Of a stretch of 64,000 nucleotides of DNA, positions 1 to 12,667 are shown in pieces (position 1 is the stretch's first letter; each line of letters begins with the position of its first letter). Location of the stretch: positions 5,644,001-5,708,000 of the forward strand of contig NW_024704742.1 of the NCBI RefSeq assembly GCF_018977255.1, read 5' to 3'. Under the pieces are notes generated by a model, which was given only the letters and a program-made list of their open reading frames with translations, was not told where the DNA came from and searched no databases. The translations under genes were made by a program, and so were the position numbers. The stretch comes from Callorhinchus milii (lineage: Eukaryota).

Positions 1-964
1 ACATACTGGCTTGTTTTCACACTAGCTTGGGTGTGATTTGCACCACCAGCACTCACTACGCAACACATTTAAGGTAAATAAATTACAGCAATCAATTTCA
101 TTCTGCCCTTATCATCATCTGTTGTGCCACATCTCTACCCATTTCTGCTGGGTTTATGCAACTGGCTACTGGGTGGACACCAAGGACTGGTCTAGTTTTG
201 TGGTAGATAATCAGTATCCCTGATAGTGGAATGCTAAGCGACAACAGAACCTTTCACATTTTTCCCTGACTGGCTGCTCCCCAAATAGTTCTAGGGAAAA
301 ATGACCAGAGCAAATTTCCCTGCGATTTAGTTACAGCTCACGGGCTCCTCTACTGTTACTTTTCTGCTGGACAATCAGGAACAAAGAATGTGAAACCTAA
401 CGTTGTTATTGGGTCAACATGTGTCACTGAGCATCACTATTTGTGCCTGAGGATTTCAGCGAGACCATCACTGCAGATTAATGTGAATTTCCACTTGCAC
501 TGTAGATTTTGTCCTTTTTCATTCCTTGCTCTTTCACTCTAAAGGTGAGTGATATTCTTTCCGCTATGTTAAGCTCTGAGTACACCTAATACTCTCCCAC
601 TGAGGCTGATGCACAAAATTACTGAAAAGGAACCTGCTGAGGTCAAAACTATAAAAAAAATGAATTGCAGAGACTTGGCTTAAATCTTTCTAATCAGGAA
701 CTGGAACTTTAGAGAAGACAGACAGCATGTGAGTCCAGACAGGAAGGAACTGAGTGTTCAATCGGAATTCACCAGTTAATAAATTCCTCATTAGGGGCTC
801 AGCTGCCCGAGAGGGTTGCAGAATAAGAGGATAAGGCAGCAGAATTCAGAAGAATATAGTATAGCACATGCTCACGAGCTAATAAAATATCGGTTCCCGG
901 GTTGGTGGATAACTCTGAGCTCCGGCCTTGGGAAACTCTTTCCCCCACTGCATGGTTTGTCTAT

Positions 965-1368
965 TTTCCGAACTCTGAACGCCTGTGTTATCATGTATAC
1001 CAGGCTCCGCACCCACTCCATCACCCTAGTTCTTGTCAGGCTGCACTGCAGAATGGACCAATTTCAAGATCCTCATTCTCAATCTCAAATCTCTTCAAGC
1101 CCGAGCACCTCCCTGCGTTTCTGATCTGCTCGTATCTCACTCCACTAATCCCTGCCTTCGCTCAGCTGGCTTGGGTCTTCTGCATCTCTTCAAATCTCCG
1201 GAACTGCCCGCTTTAATCTCTCTGTTTTGACCTCTCTTTGCCCATCTTCAAATCACACCTGCCTTTGGTCATCTCCCCCCCCTACCCCAGACTGGTGTCA
1301 AGCCACTTTGCTGTTAAGCACTCCGAGATGCTACCCTGTGTTGTTGTTGTTTACTGTTGTTGTTGTTG
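965..1368 (+). mobile_element. L2 LINE 3' fragment, degenerate
   Basis: Resembles the ORF2 C-terminal region of the younger L2 copies (FKILIL motif); ends in (TTG)n. Confidence 0.7.
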
Positions 1369-1684
1369 GAACCTAATTGAGGTCCCTAGCGACCTTGCCA
1401 GAGGTGCCCTCATTCTCACTTGATGGGCGATGTGCAAAGGTTATGAACCTCCCCTGGTATATCTGAGCAGATTCAACCAGAGCAGAAAAACCTTAAATCC
1501 GTTCATTTCAACCCTATAGTGTTTACATCTACAACCTTGGTCTCTCAGTCAAAGATACAATGGTGCATTGAGATAGTCATCCATTGCGTCCAGCACGTAC
1601 TGTGTGCATTGCCCATCATACTGGTTTGCTATATGTAATAGGCCTGAAACAATAGGTGAGCAACTGTCACAAATAATCTGTAAA

Positions 1685-1816
1685 TAAAAGGTAAGGTACT
1701 GCAGAGGCTGGAAATCTGATATAAACACAGTCGCCAGGAACACGCAGCAGATCAGGCAGCGTCTATGGAGAGAGGAAAATGAGTTAACGTTTCAATGACC
1801 TTTTGTCAGAACTGAA
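1685..1816. mobile_element. Penelope-type terminal-repeat fragment
   Basis: GGCAGC(G/A)TCTATGGAGAGAGGAAA..GAGTTAACGTTTCA shared with 13207-13246; degenerate hammerhead-like core on the minus strand. Confidence 0.55.
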
Positions 1817-1949
1817 CACTCTGTAAGTATCGCGTCTGCAGCTTAGCTGCAAGTCAGTACAGAATTATGTTCTGAAAAATAGAGGGCTAGATTGCCAGAA
1901 GATTTATACAATCCTAGCACAAATCCTGTTTACCCAATTCTGGAAACTA

Positions 1950-2352
1950 TCAGGCGCTGGTTGGCAAGAGCCAAGGCTTGGGGACCCCAGAGTGTGCGTT
2001 GGGGTAACTGCTGGAGTCTAACCAGCTAAAACCACACAGCTTGCCATTGATATTGTGTCTGGCAAGTTTTCCCGTTGCTTATCCATGCTACCCGTTAGGG
2101 CTTTGGTTTGCAGGGTTAACAGGAGCTGAGTGGGATGATTCTCTGCCCTCAGTGACTGGTCTACTCTTCTAGTTCCTGCCGATGAGCCAGGCTGGACTGT
2201 GCTGTCATTAGCAGTGTCCTGGAATACTGTAGACACACCTGGCTCAGGAACTGGACTACCAAGACTACCACAGTCTTGGCATGTCACCTTGGAGCCAGTT
2301 CAGCTCCAAATTGACCTCCACTTACCCCCCCACCACCCAAGGTGGATAATCA
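1950..2352. repeat. Old unclassified dispersed repeat
   Basis: 1950-2152 aligns by eye with 38560-38770 (same strand); 2175-2352 aligns with 9128-9330 (opposite strand). Confidence 0.75.
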
Positions 2353-2699
2353 CTTACAATATATAGGTGCGAAAAGGTGGGATAATTTCATACCAGCCCT
2401 GGTTAAAAGAAAAATCGTGAGCAGAATCTAAAATAGCGATATTCCCAGAACTCACAGCAAGTTTTGACAACTTTGTTTTTGCCACCCACAAGTGTCTCCA
2501 ATGCCAAGGTTTAAAGTTACTTGAGTGATGTATCTGTTGGCACACGGCGTGGTTTATTCCAGCAGTGTCTCTGTATGAGGTGATCATTGTAAAGTAAGCT
2601 GACAGCTCCTGTGGATTCTATTCTCGTGGAGGACGAGCAGAAACAACAGCATCCCAGGGAAATGGAGAAAGAACACTGCACTGAATGTTCACTCAAGGA

Positions 2700-2947
2700 G
2701 AAACGATTTTGCCAAAGGCCAATCTATCCAGATGTAAGCAACGACTGATGTTTGAGCCATTTGAAGCTACCAAAGAAAGATATTGCTGAACTTCATGATG
2801 AACTTGAATCACACAGAACTGTGAGCGTAACTGTCTGTGGAGATGAGACTCACTGGAGCAATGAACTTTCATGAATCGGTTTCATTTCAGGATCCCACAG
2901 GTGATGTAGGAGAGGATGCACAGGGATTCATCAAGTCACCAATGCTG
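2700..2947 (+). mobile_element. PIF/Harbinger transposase fossil (N-terminal part)
   Basis: YPDVSND*CLSHLKLPKKDIAEL / LSVEMRLTGAMNFHESVSFQDPTGDVG / QVTNA resembles the Harbinger/HARBI1 motif ..AL.FY.SGSFQ...GD..G....VT.AL; contains a stop and frameshifts. Confidence 0.7.
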
Positions 2948-3189
2948 TAAGTTAACCCTTACGTTACATTTTAAAAAAGAATTCACCGTTGGGTCAAAAA
3001 ATCAGTCAGAGTTAATTTTCTGACACTTCAATGCGGTACTGGCAGTTTGCTGCATTATTAAATGAGGTCCTGCCATTAAAGATCCCACGGCACAACTCAA
3101 AATTCACTTCATGGCTGTTTTGGGGACACTGCTGTGCAAAAGGAATGGGTTTAGTTTGGGGCATTCAATCTTCGGAAGGATAAACTAGC

Positions 3190-3665
3190 CTGGAGGTGTA
3201 CAGTTGACTGAATTAACAGCTGGGTTGAAGGAGTTTAGCTATGATGAGAGGCTGTGTAAAGTGAGGCTATATGTTACATCCCTTACATCAGAAGATGTTA
3301 AGGGAATGATCTGACTGGTACATTTAAAACAATGAAAAGAATTTACAGGTGAGATGCTGGATGACTCTTCATTGGTTGAGAGTTGCATTAAACGGGTATG
3401 ATATAGAGGGAGAAAATGAGAGACCAGGCAGTTAGAACTGCAATCAGGAAGCGTTTCTTTACCCAGAGAGTTGTGGGATGTTCTGCCTCAAAATGATGCA
3501 GAGGAGGAATCAATTAGGCCTTTTAGAGAGAGAGGTGGTAGAGGAATAAATGGTATGACGAAAAGGGCATGGCAATGGTATTATAATATCTGCCAAGATC
3601 TCATAAATTGGTGGAATAGACTCGACGGGCTGAATGGCCTCTTCTTGTTCCTGTTTTTCATATGC
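3190..3665 (+). mobile_element. CR1-clade LINE 3' fragment
   Basis: RKRFFTQRVV motif and 3' tail GACTCGACGGGCTGAATGGCCTC..GTTCCT. Confidence 0.8.
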
Positions 3666-3924
3666 TCCTAAATGGCTACTAGACTCATTGCTACCTCGGT
3701 CAAGTCGATTGCTGTTTACACTTATTGACTTGTTGGAAGCAATTGTGAGATGAGCAATAGCAGCAAATAGGAGATCTGTCCCAGCTGAATCCCCCTTCCA
3801 TGCCTCCCACAGAATACTGACCGACACCCACCCAATCTCTGTGTTGTTGTTTTTTTTGCCAGTATTATTTGTCACTGAGCACTGAACTGCAAAGTAGCGC
3901 ACGTCCAATTCTCCCGATCGGCCA

Positions 3925-5390
3925 CCAGAAGCAGCCTGTACACACGTAGCGGAGTATGACCTGCTTTCTCACAGAGGAAGTGGAGACACTGGAATACAGA
4001 GCTGACTTGAGAACCTGGTCACCAGGCTTGTTCCTGCTGGAGAAGCCATCCCATCGTCTGACCTGCTCGGGTGATTGAGAAGACAGGTTTCAGGACCACA
4101 TTGTCCTTTGACAATTTAGGGCCTGGAAGAATTGGTGGGTGGGGGGGTGGAATTGGGGCTTGTCTGCGGAGACAACCCTTGTTTTAAGTGGAACATATTC
4201 AGTCTAATTCAGTGAATGGGGGTGAGGAGACCTATCCTCGCTCACCAATAAAAAAAAGTACGCTATTTCTGTTTCAATTCACTGAACCAATTTGATATAC
4301 AATCGCTTGAATGTCAGTGCAGGATCATCACATTACCATCCATGTGTGTGTTATATATAGTTTCACAACATAGCCTTTCCATAGCCTATCATGCTCCATT
4401 TCCTCCCTCCCCCTGTTTATTTTGGTGTGGCGGAATAAAGTGTACCAAGCCAGACTGGACTGAACTGCAAATAATAATAATAATAATCCTTGCATTTGAT
4501 ATAGCGCTTTTCACGTCGGGAGGACGTCCCAAAGCGCTTCACAGAACACACTGTAAAGTGAATTGACTGTATATTTGTGGGCGAACGCGGCAGCCAATTG
4601 CGCACAGAAATGTCCCACAAACAGTCGTAGATTGAAAATGACCAATTTATTATTGTCTTTGGTTTTGGAGGGAATATTATAGAAATTATAGAAAATATAA
4701 TAATCCTTGTGTTTGTTATAGCCCCTTATCATGTCTTCGAGACGTCTCAAAGCGCTTCACGGAGTATAGTGTAAAGTGAATTGACTGTAAATTTTGTGGG
4801 CGAAACTCAGCAGCCCATTGCGCACAGCAGCGTCCCACAAACAGTCATGGATTGAATGAGCAAATTATTATTATTTGTTTTAAAGGAACTTTTACCCCTG
4901 GAAAAGCGATCTGCTAATCGACTAACACCTGGGTTCCTACTTCCTTTAGGTGAACAGAGGCGCGTGGAGTAAGGAAACTCGCCCAACGTTTTGCCCTGAG
5001 CTGGGAATCGAACCCAAGGTCCTCTCACGTGTGAGGCGAGTGCTCTAACCACTGAGCTACAGGACTCCACTCAGCTAGTGCCAGAAGTTTGGAGAATAAA
5101 AGTGTCATGTTCACCTCGGTAAGGAGCAGTGAAAATGATTCAAACATACTGTGGCACTACCATAAATTAATGACATCTGTTTTTCACACTTCAACAGCCC
5201 ATTCCTGCTCCTGGTCTGATTCCTCAACACATGAACTGAGCAGTGGCTGGCACAGCGATGTCTTTCCTACAATAATTATCTTCCACATTTATCCTTTGAC
5301 GTACATTGAAGAATTGACAGATAACAGCCGAACCTACAATCTCTAAGCCTGGCTCTTTGGATGATGATAACATATGCTGTTTGCTTGGTC
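3925..5390 (-). pseudogene. DKK4: Decayed Dickkopf-family gene, DKK4 by position
   Basis: CRD1 remnant after a cctacag acceptor (5391): DCRFGCY/CQ (5341-5314) and CRK/RCASH/A..MC*G (5271-5221). CRD2 remnant: PG/LNCQR/WS/KPV (4126-4082), VFQC, and HTPLRVYR (to ~3935). Confidence 0.65.
4470..5070 (-). mobile_element. Two tandem young SINEs (truncated 4470-4680; full-length long form 4697-5070)
   Basis: tRNA-like head with A/B boxes, GCTGTGCGCAATTGGCTGCCGCG core, stem-loop tail, (ATT)n. Confidence 0.9.
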
Positions 5391-5541
5391 CTGTAGGAAC
5401 GTTCATTAACCTCTCTTGAATACATGCCAATGCAAGTACACGTTGTACATTCTTGCTTTTGGAAGGTTCAGAGGGATAGACGGGCCAAGGTTGGAGGTCA
5501 CTTGTTTCTTCATTTATGTCTCTCGCATTCCCTCTTAATAG

Positions 5542-5879
5542 AATAATGATAATCCTTGCGTTTGATATAGACGTCTTTGAGACGTCTCAAAGCGCTTCGC
5601 AGAATACACCGTAAAATGAATATTTTGTGGGCGAAACGCGGCAGCCAATTGTGCAGAGCAGCGTCCCACAGTCGTGGATTGAGTGACAAATTTATTATTT
5701 TTTTGTGAAGGAATTATTACCCCTGGAAAATCGATCGCCAATCAACTTACAGCTGGGTTCCTACTTACTGCTCGGTAAGCAGAGGCGTGTGGAGTAAGGA
5801 AACTTGTTCGCTCCGCCAGGAATCAAACTCAGATCTCTCGCTTGCGAGACGAGTGCTCTAACCACTGAGCCACGCGACT
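5542..5879 (-). mobile_element. Young SINE, long form
   Basis: Head, internal segment, core and tail all present. Confidence 0.9.
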
Positions 5880-6500
5880 GGTCTTGGTGGTGTCCTGCAC
5901 TACACATAGGTTTAATAAAAAATGATATGGTCAAAAAACAGGTTCAGAATGTGCACTCATGGGTTTGAGCTGTGAAAAGTCATTAGGAATGATAATGTTT
6001 TTGGTGGTTGGATGATGTGCTGATGTATTGCAGCTATTATTCGTGGCTAACCGCTGTGATTGTTGGATTGGTATGGTTCCCCTATGGTCGGTTCAATGGC
6101 AAGACTCTCTGAGTACAAAATCTGCCTGGATTGGAAGTTTATACTGTACTTATTAAGTACTAAAGTAATACATACGAATCTAGCTCCCAAGGAAATAACC
6201 CAAAAGATTATTTTTCAACTTAATGAGTACCAGAAATGTTTTCGAATTTTGATCGTGATGTGACATTGAAAACAAATTGCACAAATTGTCATTGGCAGTA
6301 TGAATTCACAGGCTGGATTACTATAATGCCAAAATGGCAGAGAAGTTACACCATTAAAACAGGAGTTTGGCATTCGTCTTGGCTGGGAGATAATAGGACA
6401 CTGCACAAGACTTTCCAGCAGAGGTCCCTAGACAGCTGCCCAGAACAGGAACCCCAGATGATTTTTCTTCTTCCAACTTTGGGGGTACTGAGGATAACTG

Positions 6501-6797
6501 TAATAATAATAATCCTTGCATTTGATATAGCGCCTTATCACGTCTTTGAGACGTCTCAAAGCGCTTCACAGAACATACTGTAAAGTGAATTGACTGTATA
6601 TTTTGTGGGCGAAATGCAGCAGCCAATCGCGCACAGCAGCGTCCCCACAAACAGTCGTGGATTGAGTGACCAATTTATTATTATTACTCTATTTTTGAAG
6701 GAATTATTACCCCCGGAAAAGCGATCCACCAATCGACTAACAACCGTGTTTCTACTTAATGCTTGGTAAACAGAAGCGTGTGGAGTAAGGAAACTTG
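6501..6797 (-). mobile_element. Young SINE, long form, 5' truncated
   Basis: Internal segment, core and tail; no tRNA head. Confidence 0.88.
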
Positions 6798-7286
6798 TTG
6801 GTATGTCCTTTCTAAGATTGAGTGCTCAAAACTGAACTAAATACTTCATATGAGGTCTGACCAATGCTCTGTATAAATGGAGAAATACCTCCTGCCTCAC
6901 ATTCATCATTTCACCATTACCAGCATCATGTACCATTACACATAAACAAATTACACTTTGTGAAAAGCAACGCTATGAGAAAAACCTTGCCATAATCTAC
7001 TCATCATCTTGACAGCCACGAAGGGTGGGGAGGGGAGGAGGGGTCTTAGCAAATCCAAGACCAATGAGAAATTGAATCCTTTATGGCTATTGTACTCAAT
7101 GGATAAACTTGCTGTGCAAGTATGCGAGACACTGTCCTGTGCGACACGCACTGTATCAATGCAAATTGTTATTGTTGCTGAGCCCTCAAGGCAATTGGCT
7201 TGATCGTTTTTATTAACTGCCATTCGTGTTATGGTGGAAGCCTGGGCATATTATTGACTCAGCTGAGCTGAGCTGCGGAACACTAC

Positions 7287-7360
7287 CTCGATCAGAGAGG
7301 AGAAAACTAACCACAGCTTGTTACTCGATCAGAGAGGAGAAAACTAACCACAGCTTGTTA
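7287..7360. repeat. Perfect 37-bp tandem duplication
   Basis: CTCGATCAGAGAGGAGAAAACTAACCACAGCTTGTTA x2. Confidence 0.95.
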
Positions 7361-9409
7361 CTGACCAACCGTGGCACAGCCAAGTTGCTTCTCCCCGACT
7401 GTCTGTCGGTGACATTTCATTGAATAAATTCGAGTCCACGTAAACATTCATGAGGCAAGATCTTCCACCCACCCTCGGGCTGAGCGCTCAGAATCTAAGG
7501 CAATTGTTCCGTCTGAAAAGAAGCCTTTTGTATTTGTCGCTACTATGATGCCCCATGTTAACAGAAGCGCACTCAATGTCGGTATGAAATAAAGGACTGT
7601 TGTACCTCGGAATTCCTGTTCAAATCATTACGTTTCTGATGTAACCTCCAGGTGTGTCACTTTGGCAGCGCAGAGTAAATCGTGCTGCCATTTTTCTCAT
7701 CTTTCCATTCCTAGCAGTCTGAATATCCGCAGAGGCTGTGCCAAGACCTGACCATGTTGTAGTCATTGATGGCCATGTTATGAACACTTATGATGAGCTG
7801 CTCTTTTGATGTTCGGTTCCAACCCTTTCCGGAGTTTGTCCCAGGTCAACCTTTGGGTGTTCTCAGGTAATGATTTTCACTCGTTTAAAAACCCTTTTAG
7901 CTCTTTCAGGATGAATTTAGACTGTCGCGTGTTTTACGTATTTGTTTACCCACTGCTGTAAGTCATTCCTGTCGCTGGTTGTGTAGGAACAAACTAATAA
8001 AAATAAAGACCAATGCCACAGAAAATATGCTCTAAACAAGCAGCCCATTGTGCTTTTAGGAGGGCACTGCCATAAAATTAGCGCAGTCAGCCTCCAGAGA
8101 AAATGTCACATAAGTATATTATCCCAGCAGCTTAAAATTCCAGCTGTGTTCTAAGGTTTCTTACGGTCCAAATAATGTGTTCTTTTCAAAAGAGAATATT
8201 CTAATCAGATTTGGCTGCCGCGAAACAAGAAGGCCAGAAGGTCTGTTGTCGCCCACTGCATGTCGGAATGATTGGCACTGGCATGCACACAGACATGTGA
8301 TGTGATTTGACCTGACATTTAGTCACAGTAAGTAAGGTCCAGCCTGCTGCTGAGATTTTCCCCTTCAACCGTCACACACCGACACCAGTTATTTGTTGTT
8401 GTTTTTTGGTGACACAAAAATCGGACACCCAAAATCATGTGGTGGTAATGCATCTCTGCATTCAGATGGCTATCTCACAGAACCCAACAGCCTGCGGTCA
8501 TGTCTCAGCTATGCCCAGTCTCATTTAGATCATCCAGGGAGGTGACATTGCAGAGGGCAGCTCTCCCTACATAGGAAGAAGTGTTTCATTAGAAGAGACA
8601 GCGGGAGAGAGAGTGGGGGGGGGGGAGCAAGAGATGCCCTGAAATAATTCTTCTTGTCAAGACTCTTGGAAGCAGATGACTTTCAGCCGGTCAGAGGAAC
8701 TTAGAAGCAATAGAGGGAAATACATTGCAACTGGAACCGGGGAGCCTTAGCCTAATTGGCCCATTTTAATTTCTTTTCCAGCTCTTGACTGAGATGTTGC
8801 ATCTTCTGTGACGTGCGATCATTTCCCAGTAACCATCGCCTCCTTCATTCATTAATCTCAGTGATTCTACCGCATATTTCATGTCTTAGTGAAAAAGCCT
8901 CATCTCAAACTAACTAATGATAAAAAGCCATTCCAAACACAGCAATACAGCGGGTCACTTTAACCTCTAGATAACGAAAGCACAGAAAAAGAATTTGTAA
9001 ATAATAATGATCATCCTTACATATATTTGAAACAGTGGCTCATCGCATTGTCAAAACGTCTCAAAGTGCTTCACAGGATTTACAGTAAATTGTGCATGTG
9101 TAGACAATTTTAAAACATGAACGTTAGACTATCCTCCTTGGGGGGAGGTAAGCGGGGTCTAGTTGGAGCTGAGTTGGCTCTAAGTTAACGTGTTGGGCAA
9201 TCAAATGCCAGAATCAAGTCAACCTTCTGTGGGGGTCTCAGAAGTCTAGATCCTGAGCCACATGACTCTGCAGTACTCCAGGGCACTGCTGATGGCAATC
9301 CGGCCAGTCTGGCTCATCAACCGGGGCAGGCACAGGAATTGCCATGTGTAGACAGCGTAAATGGAACTGTGTCTAGTCGGATACTCTTAAGAATGATGAT
9401 GCCTAATTA

Positions 9410-9712
9410 GCCTGTCTGTGTTTGCTAGTCTATGTCTGCCTGTTTATGTTTGCCTGTCTATGTTTGCCTGTCTATATCTGCCTGCCTCATTGCCTGTCTA
9501 TGCCTGCCTCTCTATATTTGCCTGTTTATGTCTGCCTGTCTATGTCTGCCTGTCTATGTTTCCCTGTCTATGTCTGCTTGCCTCATTGCCTGTTCTACGG
9601 CTGCCTGTCTACATTTGTCTGACGATGTCTGCTTGTCTGTGTTTGCCTGTCTCTGTCTACCTGTCTGCCTTCCTATGTTTGCCTGTCTCTGTCTGCTTGC
9701 CTGCCTGTCTGT
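9410..9712. repeat. Degenerate TGCC/TGTC/TATG simple repeat
   Basis: Directly visible periodic low-complexity sequence. Confidence 0.95.
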
Positions 9713-11220
9713 GAGATATGAACATTTCATCAAACAGATTGGAGTTAATTGGTTCAGGAATGTTTACACAAAAATAAACCTTTCCAGGAAATCACTGCTA
9801 ATCGCAAGCAAAGATCTTTCAACTATTCAGAACAAAGACTTAATTTGGACATTAAATTGAGGAACTTCTGCCCCGTCACACCAAGAAACAAACTTACTTG
9901 AGATCAAAGAGCCAAGAATGTCTCACTCGTCACAGCATATGTTTTGGGAATGCGGGATATTTGGAATATTTTAGTTCCATGTATGACTGCATTTATAAAG
10001 GCGCTGTGTAACTCCAGTGATGATATTAAGAGCTTCCTCTTATTGACCTAATATTCAGCAACTGTTCCTGGGTCAAAAAGTAATAGACTATATTTCGAGA
10101 TAAATTCTTCAAAAGTAAGGACATTAGGGGGTCTGAAAAAAAAATTGTAACTGCAGGGGTGTTTGTAACTGCACAGATACCAGGTGCCCACAGATGGTTC
10201 ATATATTTACTGAACCATTTTGAAAAGGTCCTGGTTTCAGCCCTGATTCCTGTTAGCGCTCACCCTCACAGTTTGGAGGGCGGTATTTTTAGGCTGATGT
10301 CCGGCTGGACAGCCAGTGTTTGAAGACACAAATTATTCTGATTTTTGACCCGGAGAGTCTCGGCTTTCAGAAAGACTGAACATGATTGATGGTGACATTT
10401 AAGCAACTGTGTGACTTCTGAGAGGAGGTCGTCTCATGAATGACTTGAACTTAGAAATTCTAAAACCATAGAATGGGAATTAGCCACACGTGCCTGAATT
10501 CTCCAACCCCACCATCTCCCCGGGCTGCCAGTAATTGATCGCAGCGTGATCTGAAGAACAGTAAAGGAAATGCAAGTAAATCAAAGTGGTGCGCACGCAA
10601 GAAGACAAGTGGACTGTAGCTCCGCTGGGTTTTTCCAGGGCCCAAAATTCTAGGAGCTAAGTGGTCGTGGAAGACTTACCGTCAGTTCGGGGGGGTGGTG
10701 GGGGGGGGGGAGGGCGGGGAGGTTGTGTCACTTCAGTAGCACCCAAACATTCTGGGAGGCGTAGACCTTTTCCAGGCACGAGCTGCAGGAAGCAAGTGTG
10801 ATGGCAATCACAGGCCGGCATGTGTGTGGCCCTCTAATGAATGCGTTAGTGAGATTAATGAGCTCCCAGCCACTTAGTAACAGCCCAAAAGGGAAGGAGT
10901 TTTTCCGACCTGGAGCATGGACTCATTTAACCCCAATTTGTGCAGAATTGGACTCTGGGCATGCTCTGTTGCAGTAAGAATATCAGGTATATATCAAATC
11001 AGGTGTAGAGTATTTCAAAAAATCTCTTGCTCTTTATTTGAAAGTTTCGAACTTTAAAGAAATTAAACTTAAACTTCAAAGAAAAAAGTTGATTATTTTT
11101 GGTCTAAGTCAAATTACAGAGTGTAATGAAACTGAAACTATTGTTTGACCCCCCCCCCCCACCACCCCTCCCACAAGCACACGTCAGTACCAAAGCATAG
11201 TGAAATATATGGACATGAAT

Positions 11221-11620
11221 CAACAACAACAACTTGCAGTTATACAGCACCCTTCACCTGGGGTAGCGTCTCAGGAGCCCTTAACAGTGGCAGCGTTCGA
11301 AGCTGAGCCAGGAGAGAGAGGAGGTGGCCAGAGGCATGGGTGAAGAGTCTTCGGTGATCTGAAGATGGGCAATGAGCGGGCAAGGTGGAGGGATTGAAGC
11401 AGAAAGTTCCAGAGGTTTGGGCACAGTGGCTGAAAGCACAACCGCCGATGGTGGAACGGAGGGGACAAGGGGTCTGGATGAGGCTGGAGCTAATTGTGGG
11501 AGTAGAGGGGTAGGGGGGGAGCAAGCAGGTCAGCGGCGTAAGGAGGTGCCAGGGCGTGAAGAGATTTGTAAGTCAGTGTGAGGATCGTGAAATTGATCCA
11601 TTCTGTGACAGAGAGCCTGC
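11221..11620 (-). mobile_element. L2 LINE 3' fragment
   Basis: ILTLTYKSLHALAP and TIGGCAFSHCA motifs; (TTG)n tail. Confidence 0.8.
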
Positions 11621-11813
11621 AAGGAGGGGGATGATCCAATAATAATAATAATATACTGATATATATAATAATAACAATACTGATATATATATATATATAT
11701 ACACACACACATGTATGTAATCAGGACCTAAATTCTGACCACAGACATTTCAAACCTGAAATGAAATGTGCTGTTTAGACTCGGTGTCAGACACAATAAC
11801 ACAGATAGTCTTG

Positions 11814-12127
11814 ATCCTCTAGCTCAGTGGTTAGAGCACTCGCCTTGCAAGCGAGACACCTGAGTTCAATTCCCGGCAGGGTGAAACCTCGGGCAAGTTT
11901 TCTTACTCCACCCGTCTAATAATAATCCCTCCAAAAAACAAAAACAATAATAAATCGGTCATTTTCAATCCGCGACTGTTTGTGGGACATTGCTGTGCGC
12001 AATTGACTGCCGCGTTTCGCCCACAAATATAGTCAATTCACTTTACAGCAGATTCTGTGAAGCGCTTTGAGACGTCGAGAAGACGTGAAAAGCACTATAT
12101 CAAATGCAAGGATTATTATTATTATTA
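11814..12127 (+). mobile_element. Young SINE, short form, inserted in a VDAC3-like exon remnant
   Basis: Head, core, tail, (ATT)n. Confidence 0.92.
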
Positions 12128-12667
12128 TCTTGTGTAAAGTATTCAAAATCAGCAGCACTTCTTCAAACATGGTAGTTCTTTATCCTCAAACGACCGAAAG
12201 GTCACATTAAAGCCAAAGAATTTTCGTACTTGGAGGTGTGAAACCCGAAAGCCTATGGACAAGGAGTCACTTAAGTCACTTGATATTCTTGGCCAACTTC
12301 ATTTTGCGGGTTGTTATTATGAATCTTGGTAACGTCTTTTTCCTGTTTACCTCTGCCAAGAATCCTATGACGCACAACACCATTTTATCAAACCTTCAAC
12401 GCTCCTCGTCAGTCTAGCTCTTCCGTTAGTCGCTGCTTCTGCCATTGCTACGGGTGGAGTGAGCACTCCCGAACCCAATCTCCTCTGCTGCAGATAACCA
12501 GGTACGCGTGACTCCACGCTGAACTAACGTTTGTGTAAAATAACCGTAGATATTGCTTGCAGGCTGCAACATGAGGGAATAAGAAACATACTTTACTGAA
12601 AGAAGCATCTACTCCTTCTTTGCTTGCCTGGGCTCTCCACCGTGATAGTTCTTTGACAAAGCTCTCT

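Noticed and set aside
145..335. VDAC-like words (LGLCNWLLGGHQ, KMTRANF); similar weak words at 6090-6420
   Set aside because: Wrong spacing and out of order relative to the collinear fossil at 10917-14825; treated as chance
1497..1678. Minus-strand exon-like segment after a ttttatttacag acceptor
   Set aside because: Stops in all three frames, no recognisable protein, and the acceptor overlaps a repeat end
1..3900. POLB 3' exons expected from human synteny
   Set aside because: No recognisable POLB peptide seen; it may lie outside the window
7287..7360. CRISPR-like 37-bp repeat
   Set aside because: Two abutting copies with no spacer, in eukaryotic DNA; a simple tandem duplication
9418..9860. 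Cys/Leu-rich ORFs in three frames
   Set aside because: Simple-repeat artefact
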